Virus record (IMG/VR): IMGVR_UViG_3300028800_000081
Span: 9,133 to 73,132 of that record
Length of the DNA: 64,000 nt
Reading direction: 5' to 3' (one strand)
DNA from: a virus
How positions within the stretch are numbered: the first letter of the stretch is position 1; every line of letters starts with the position of its first letter. Shown here piece by piece: positions 58,289-64,000 of the stretch. The notes beneath the pieces were generated by a model, which saw only the letters and a program-made list of their open reading frames with translations, did no database searches and was not told where the DNA came from. A program made the position numbers and the translations under genes.

Positions 58289-60087
58289 CGATCCGCACCG
58301 TTCTGGAAATCCCGGTCGACGACACGGAATTCAAGGCTTTTCAGGAGAAGTTCCAGAAGTACCAGGACGAGCTCGCCAAGCAGCCCGGCGCCTGGGGGGC
58401 GATCAACAAGGAAACCCGGCAGGCGCTGCAGTCCATCACGGCCGCGCTCCTCGCCCAGAACGAACTCCACAAGCGCCTCAAGGACGACGCTGAGGAGTTG
58501 AACGACACGACGAACAAGAGCGCCGACGCATGGCGGCGCATGACGGACGATGCTTCGTCCTTCGCGACCAGGATCAAGGACGCGACTTCCTCGCTGCTCA
58601 AGTGGGTCGGCATTGGAAGCGTGTTTTCCGGGCTTGTGGGGGCCGGTGGGCTCTGGGGCCTCGACAGTCTGGCCGATACGGTCAACTCGACCCGCAGGCG
58701 CGCGCTGGGGCTTGGAATAGGCTACGGCGAGCAGAAGGCCTTCGACCTCAATTTCGGCCGGTTCGTCGATCCCGGCTTCCTTGGCAACGTCAACCAAGCG
58801 CTGACGGACGTGACGAAGCGTCAGGCGCTGTTCGGCGCCGGCTTGAGCCCGGGCGAGATCAACGGCCGGGATGCGGCCCAGGTGGGCGCGGCGCTTCTGC
58901 CTCACCTCAAGGCGCTGGCTGATCGCACGCCCACGGCCCTTCTCGGGCAGGTGCTGGCCGCCCGCGGGCTGGACCAGTTCGTATCGGCCGAAGACCTGCA
59001 GCGCCTCAAGAACACGTCCCCGGGCGAGATAGCCGGGCTACAGCGGCAGTTCGAGCAGGACCGCGGGTCGTTTGGCCTCAAGCCTGCGGATCAGCTTGCG
59101 TGGGCCAATTTCTCGCGCCAGATGCGCGCGGCGGGGCAGAGTGTAGAAAACACCCTTGTCGTCGGCCTATCGCGACTGACTACGCCATTGACCGACCTCT
59201 CCAAAGGCGTCACGGACGCCATAGCGGCGCTCCTCAAAAGCCCGACGGTCAGCCACTGGATCGATGAGATGGCGGTCGGGCTGGAGCATTTTGCCGCCTA
59301 TGTCGGTACCCCGAAGTTCAAGAGCGACGTTGAAGGATTTGTCGCCAATGTTGGCGCGCTGTCGGACTCGATCATCGCCGGTCTGAAGGCATTGGGGATC
59401 ATCCCCGGCGCTCCGAAGCCCGCGACAAGCGGCGCTCCATACGCGCCCGGCGTTGTCGGCTTCGCGCAGCACGTCAAAGAGCAGGCCCAGGCGAACGGGC
59501 TTGACGACTACATCGAATGGGATGCGCAGCTCGGAACGTATACGTGGCATAGCTGGAAGAGCAAGGCGAACGCGCGGGCGGGTGTTGGGGTCGCGCAGGA
59601 CTATATCAAGCTCGGGCTGACACCAATGCAGGCCGCAGGAATGGCGGCGAACGTCGCCGCGGAAAGCGGCGGCAACCCCGATATCTGGAATCCCGATCGC
59701 ATCCATTACGGACTGCTGCAATGGGATCCTGCCCGGCGCGCAAAATTCAAAGCCATGTTCGGCCACGACATGGTCGGCTCTTCTCGCGAGGAACAAGAAA
59801 AGTTCTCGCTCTGGGAGATAACGAAGGGAGATTACACTGACGCTGGCGTTGCGCTATCTGAGGCGAAGAGCGCGGCTTCGGCAGCGGCCGGGATTTCGCA
59901 TCTCGATATCAAGCCAGATCACGACGCGGCCAATCAGCTTAGCAGAGCGTCAACCGCTGAGGCGATAATGAAGGCGCTTTACGCCAAGCCAAAGACGCCG
60001 CCTTCAAACCGCACCACGGTGCAGATCAATAACAACACGGGCGGTAATGCAGTGGTGACCGCGCAGTCCGCCATGGGGCCGCCGTGA
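58285..60087 (+). CDS. Tape measure protein with C-terminal tail lysozyme domain
   Basis: Helical N-terminal part; AANVAAESGGNP...YGLLQW..RR lysozyme motif. Confidence 0.8.
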   Translation: MTIRTVLEIPVDDTEFKAFQEKFQKYQDELAKQPGAWGAINKETRQALQSITAALLAQNELHKRLKDDAEELNDTTNKSADAWRRMTDDASSFATRIKDATSSLLKWVGIGSVFSGLVGAGGLWGLDSLADTVNSTRRRALGLGIGYGEQKAFDLNFGRFVDPGFLGNVNQALTDVTKRQALFGAGLSPGEINGRDAAQVGAALLPHLKALADRTPTALLGQVLAARGLDQFVSAEDLQRLKNTSPGEIAGLQRQFEQDRGSFGLKPADQLAWANFSRQMRAAGQSVENTLVVGLSRLTTPLTDLSKGVTDAIAALLKSPTVSHWIDEMAVGLEHFAAYVGTPKFKSDVEGFVANVGALSDSIIAGLKALGIIPGAPKPATSGAPYAPGVVGFAQHVKEQAQANGLDDYIEWDAQLGTYTWHSWKSKANARAGVGVAQDYIKLGLTPMQAAGMAANVAAESGGNPDIWNPDRIHYGLLQWDPARRAKFKAMFGHDMVGSSREEQEKFSLWEITKGDYTDAGVALSEAKSAASAAAGISHLDIKPDHDAANQLSRASTAEAIMKALYAKPKTPPSNRTTVQINNNTGGNAVVTAQSAMGPP

Positions 60088-62381
60088 ATCCCGGATACGC
60101 CTCGTTTGCCCTCTCGTTTGAAATTTCTCCCATCACTTTGGTCGGAGGACTGGCGCAGTCTGTTCCGGGCGGCATGCTGCCCATCATCTCACTCACGCAA
60201 CCCGGAGCATTTCCTGACGGTGTGACGGCCGGCGGCGACGTGCAAAGCCTGAACGACTATTTTGCCCACTTCAAACCGGCGGCGGGCTCGGAACTCATCG
60301 CCATTCAACTCGGCAAATATCCGTTTGCCAATCAGTTCGTCGCTGCGAACGCCATCATCGTCGAGCCGCTGCGGTTTTCTATGATGATGATCTGCCCGGT
60401 GAAGGGCGACGGATCGTATTCGCAGAAGCTGTCCATCATTTCGTCGCTCCAGCAATCCTTGGCCCAACACGCGATCTCGGGCGGGACCTACAATGTGGCG
60501 TTTCCGTTCTTTTTTTACACGAACGCCATCCTGCTCAAGATGTTCGATGCATCGGACGGATCGAGCGAACAGACCTCCGTCACGTACCAGATGGACTTCG
60601 AGCAGCCACTCCTGACGCTCGAGCAGGCCCAGGCGGCAGAGAACACGATGATGAGCCAGTTCTCCAACGGCTCGCAGATCGACGGTCAGCCGGCATGGTC
60701 GAATCTGTCCAACGCCGTGGGACAGCCGCAAAGCCTTGCCGGGCCGCCGATAATCCCGGGACAGCAGGGCCTCGTGTCGTCAGGCATCTCGGGACCGCAG
60801 TGATATGCCGGCACCCCCGCCCGTCCCGGCGCCGCCCGCGCAACAGAATCCCTTCGGCAGTTCCGGATCGTCCGGAGCGACCGTCTATCCCTTCACGCCT
60901 TCGCGCAACGGCTACCCGCCGTTCCAGTTCCAGCCGACTCTTGACGGCAACGTCTACACGGCGATCACGACCTGGAACGCCGCGGCGCAGCGCTGGTATC
61001 TCAACCTCTATGCGCTGGACGGCACGCTTGTCGTCGCAATCCCGGTCATCGGGTCACCTGCCGCCCTGCCGCTGCAATCCCTCAATTGGGCATTTGGCAC
61101 CGTCACGGCGACGATCGAGAACCCGCACAATATCCCGCTCGGCGCACAGGCAAAGCTGACCGTTGCCGGGTGCGCGCCGGCCGCGTTCAACGGCACATTC
61201 ATCGTCAGCGCCACGGGGCCGACAAGCTTCAGCTACAAGGTTCCGGCCAATCCCGGGCAGGCTTCTCGGCTCGGCATTGCGGCGTTCAACGTCAATCTCG
61301 TAGCCGGCTACTTCACCACATCGCTTCTCGTGTTCCGCGAGTCCGCGAACCAATTTGAAGTAAGCCCGTGAGATACTTTCGCATCGTGATCACCAACCCG
61401 CAAACCGGCGCCGTCGTGGTGCCGAGTTCTCTGGCTTCGATCGACCCGACGTCCTCCTACACGAGCTTCGTCAACGGCAAGACGCTCCCCGGCGCGCTCA
61501 ACGTCGAGTTCGACATTCCCGTCACCGTCTATGCCGTGCCGTTCGGCGAGGCCTTCGTGCGCATCTGGGGCGTGTCGCTCGCGGAAATCTCGCAGGCGAA
61601 CGACCTCAACAATCTCAATATCGCGGTCTATGGCGGGTTCCAGAAAGGCCTGCCGCTCGCTGATCCATCGCAAGCCGGCCTGCTGGTGCAGGGCTACATC
61701 TATCAGGCGCTCGGCAACTGGATCGGCAACTCCATGACGCTGGACCTCTACATCCGGCCCGGCAATTCGGCGACAGATTCGACGCCGACGAAACCGAAGA
61801 ACATCACGCTCAACTGGAAAAAGGGAACGCCTCTTTCCGGAGCGCTGCAGCAGACACTATCAGCCGCTTATCCCGGCTTTACCTCGACGATCAACATCAG
61901 CTCCAAGGTCGTCGCGACGGAAGATCAGATCGGCTACTACTCCGGCATGGAGCAACTCGGCGCCTATGTGAAGGCTATGAGCAAACAGATCGTCGGCGGG
62001 TCCTATCAGGGCGTCGACATCCTGCTCACCGGCACAACCTTCAAGGTAGACGACGGCACGGTCCAGAACACGCCGAAGCAGATCGCCTTCAAGGACATGA
62101 TCGGTCAGCCGACATGGCTGGACAGCGTGACGATCCAGACGAAGTTCGCCATGCGGGCGGACATCGCCGTCATGGATTACCTGCAGTTCCCGCCGGCCAT
62201 CACGACACAGAGCGGTAATGCGAACTCACCATTCGTCAATCCCAAGGCGACCTTTCAGGGAACTTTTCAGGTCAAACAAATTCGCCACGTTGGCAATTAT
62301 CGCCAGGCTGACGGCAATTCGTGGGTCACGGTCGTCGATACCTATTCGACGGCACCGGTTGCGGCACAACAGGCTGCGTGA
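60084..62381 (+). other. Baseplate genes: tube initiator (60084-60803), plug-like (60805-61371), hub (61368-62381)
   Basis: Synteny; WNAAAQRWYLNL; DMIGQPTW and RHVGNYR..DG.SW. Confidence 0.7.
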
Positions 62382-62977
62382 TGGATAGCAGCAACGCACA
62401 GAAGACGCCGCTCGCGCGCGCGCTCAACGCCACGGCGCAGCGCCGAGCCCTCGATGCGATCGCAGTAACGGGCAGGGCGCTTCCGGCTCATGTCGTCGCG
62501 GTCTCGGGATCGATCGTCACGGTTGCGTTCGACGTCTCGGGGCCATGGACGATCCCGAACGTCACCTGCCCGATCCAGGGTCCGGAATACATCCGCATGC
62601 CGACGCGGGTTGGGGACAAGGGATGCGTGTTCCCCGCCGATGCGTCGCTGGGCGGAAATTCCGGTCTCGGCTCCGGTCTCGCGACAATCCCATCGCTGCC
62701 GGCAAACCTCTCGGCCGTCGTGTTCTTCCCGTTCGGCAATTCGACATGGACCGCAACCGACGATCCGAACGCCGTGGTGATCTATGGTCCGAACGGCGCG
62801 ATCATCCGCGACACCGGCGGCAATTCGAAGGTCACAGTCACGCCGTCGCTCATCACCCTCGAGGCGACAACGATCAATCTCAACGGAACCGTGATGATCA
62901 ACGGCCACGCCTATCTGATGCACGAGCACACACTGGTGCAGAGCGGGACGGACGTGTCGGGACCGGTGTCGCCGTGA
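62381..62977 (+). CDS. Baseplate spike (gpV/Gp138-like)
   Basis: OB-fold N-terminus, PTRVGDKG and C-terminal HEH iron-binding motif. Confidence 0.8.
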   Translation: MDSSNAQKTPLARALNATAQRRALDAIAVTGRALPAHVVAVSGSIVTVAFDVSGPWTIPNVTCPIQGPEYIRMPTRVGDKGCVFPADASLGGNSGLGSGLATIPSLPANLSAVVFFPFGNSTWTATDDPNAVVIYGPNGAIIRDTGGNSKVTVTPSLITLEATTINLNGTVMINGHAYLMHEHTLVQSGTDVSGPVSP

Positions 62978-63333
62978 GAACCTATGGCCGCGTGACGGAC
63001 GAATATGGAAATAAAACTTGGGTGACCGTGGAGTCGAATCCGCAGCAGGGTGACGATTACGTCTTTTGCACCGCGCTCTGTCAGGTGCTGAAGCTGAACC
63101 TCAACGAGTCGCCCTTCTATGCCAATTACGGCATCCCGGCGCATCCTTCGGTCATCCAGCAGATCGCGCCGGACTACAACGTGGCGCTGACGCAGAAGCA
63201 GTTCTCGCAGTATTTCGCAAACCTCAGCATCTCGAAGCTGCCTCCACTTCCCAATGATCCGACGCCGCAATACAATGTGAGCATCACGACCCATCAGGGC
63301 GTGCAGCCCGACATGGGGCAGATCCCGCAATGA
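62974..63333 (+). CDS. Baseplate wedge (gpW/gp25-like)
   Basis: LKLNLNESPFYANYGIP; between spike and J. Confidence 0.7.
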   Translation: MRTYGRVTDEYGNKTWVTVESNPQQGDDYVFCTALCQVLKLNLNESPFYANYGIPAHPSVIQQIAPDYNVALTQKQFSQYFANLSISKLPPLPNDPTPQYNVSITTHQGVQPDMGQIPQ

Positions 63334-64000
63334 GCAATCTTCCCCCTCTCGTCATCACCGCTGCGGGGCCGCAACCCACGCCGCCGGCGACGCTTTACCA
63401 GCGGCTGATTGCTCTCGTTGCTGCTGCTGTCCCGGGCTACACGGCCAATCTCCCCGGCTCGCTGATTGACGATGTGGCGGGCACGGACGTCGGCGCTCTG
63501 GTGATCTGCGACCAGGCGCGCATCGACCTCATCAATTCGCTCGATCCCTACACGGCAAATCCTCAGCTTCTCATCAGCCTCGGCAACATGCTGGGCGTGC
63601 CACAAGGTCTCGGATCGAATACCAGCGTCTACGTGGTTTTCACCGGCACGGTCGGCTTCGTGATCGGCAAGGGCTTTGTCGTCTCGGACGGCGCGCATCA
63701 ATACGCGGTCCAGGATGGCGGGATCGTCAATTCGACAGGTTCATCGCTGCCGCTGTTCTGCCTCGCGACGGCGGCTGGCACATGGGCTGTTCCGGCCGGG
63801 ACCGTGACGTCCATCGTCACCTCAGTGCCGGGCAGCATCACGCTCAGCGTGACAAACCCCGCGGACGGCCTGCCGGGCGTCGGGGAGCAGAGCGAAGAGG
63901 ACTATCGCGCCCAGGTGCTCACCGCGAACCTCGCGGCCTCGCAGGGCATGACGAGCTATTTGCGGACGCTTCTGAGCAATGTCTCGGGCGTTCAGCCGCG
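63330..64000 (+). CDS. Baseplate J-like protein, 3' partial
   Basis: Open to the window end; ANLPGSLIDD...VTNPADG.PG.GEQSEEDYRAQV. Confidence 0.8.
   Translation, partial: MSNLPPLVITAAGPQPTPPATLYQRLIALVAAAVPGYTANLPGSLIDDVAGTDVGALVICDQARIDLINSLDPYTANPQLLISLGNMLGVPQGLGSNTSVYVVFTGTVGFVIGKGFVVSDGAHQYAVQDGGIVNSTGSSLPLFCLATAAGTWAVPAGTVTSIVTSVPGSITLSVTNPADGLPGVGEQSEEDYRAQVLTANLAASQGMTSYLRTLLSNVSGVQP

Noticed and set aside
40164-63701. Long antisense ORFs (e.g. 40164-41285, 48270-49373, 49468-50466, 54219-55118)
   Set aside because: Shadow frames of high-GC coding genes with no motifs or RBS.
1-64000. CRISPR array or Cas12 assignment for the RuvC proteins
   Set aside because: No regularly spaced repeats seen; both proteins are ~380 aa with typical TnpB motifs and cis omegaRNA.

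Overview
The whole window is one tailed dsDNA phage (or prophage) genome of a high-GC host, probably an alphaproteobacterium. It is circularly permuted: it starts inside a tail-fibre/esterase gene and ends inside baseplate J. Gene order: tail fibre/tailspike (1-4068), lysis and small membrane proteins (4.1-9.7 kb), a 3146-bp IS1595-family element with cargo genes and an 8-bp TSD (10100-13245), a leftward early operon (PAPS-reductase family, NADAR, HNH, Bet/RecT; 14.1-23.1 kb), a rightward early/middle operon (Cro-like, RuvC-like, DnaB, two DNA methyltransferases, ATP-grasp, Gp37/Gp68, NusG; 23.4-42 kb), then terminase, portal, head and a contractile tail. No integrase, cI or host genes were recognised. 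Most notable observations: (1) two transposase-free, catalytically intact TnpB genes that share a promoter/leader and have covarying omegaRNA pseudoknots; the first guide reconstitutes the gene it interrupts; (2) two promoter-driven tRNA-like RNAs with an identical acceptor stem and an expanded middle, one antisense inside the spanin locus; (3) a ~340-nt highly structured non-coding element in the replication module; (4) a C5-methyltransferase split into two overlapping reading frames. All calls are from reading the sequence only; no searches or folding programs were run.
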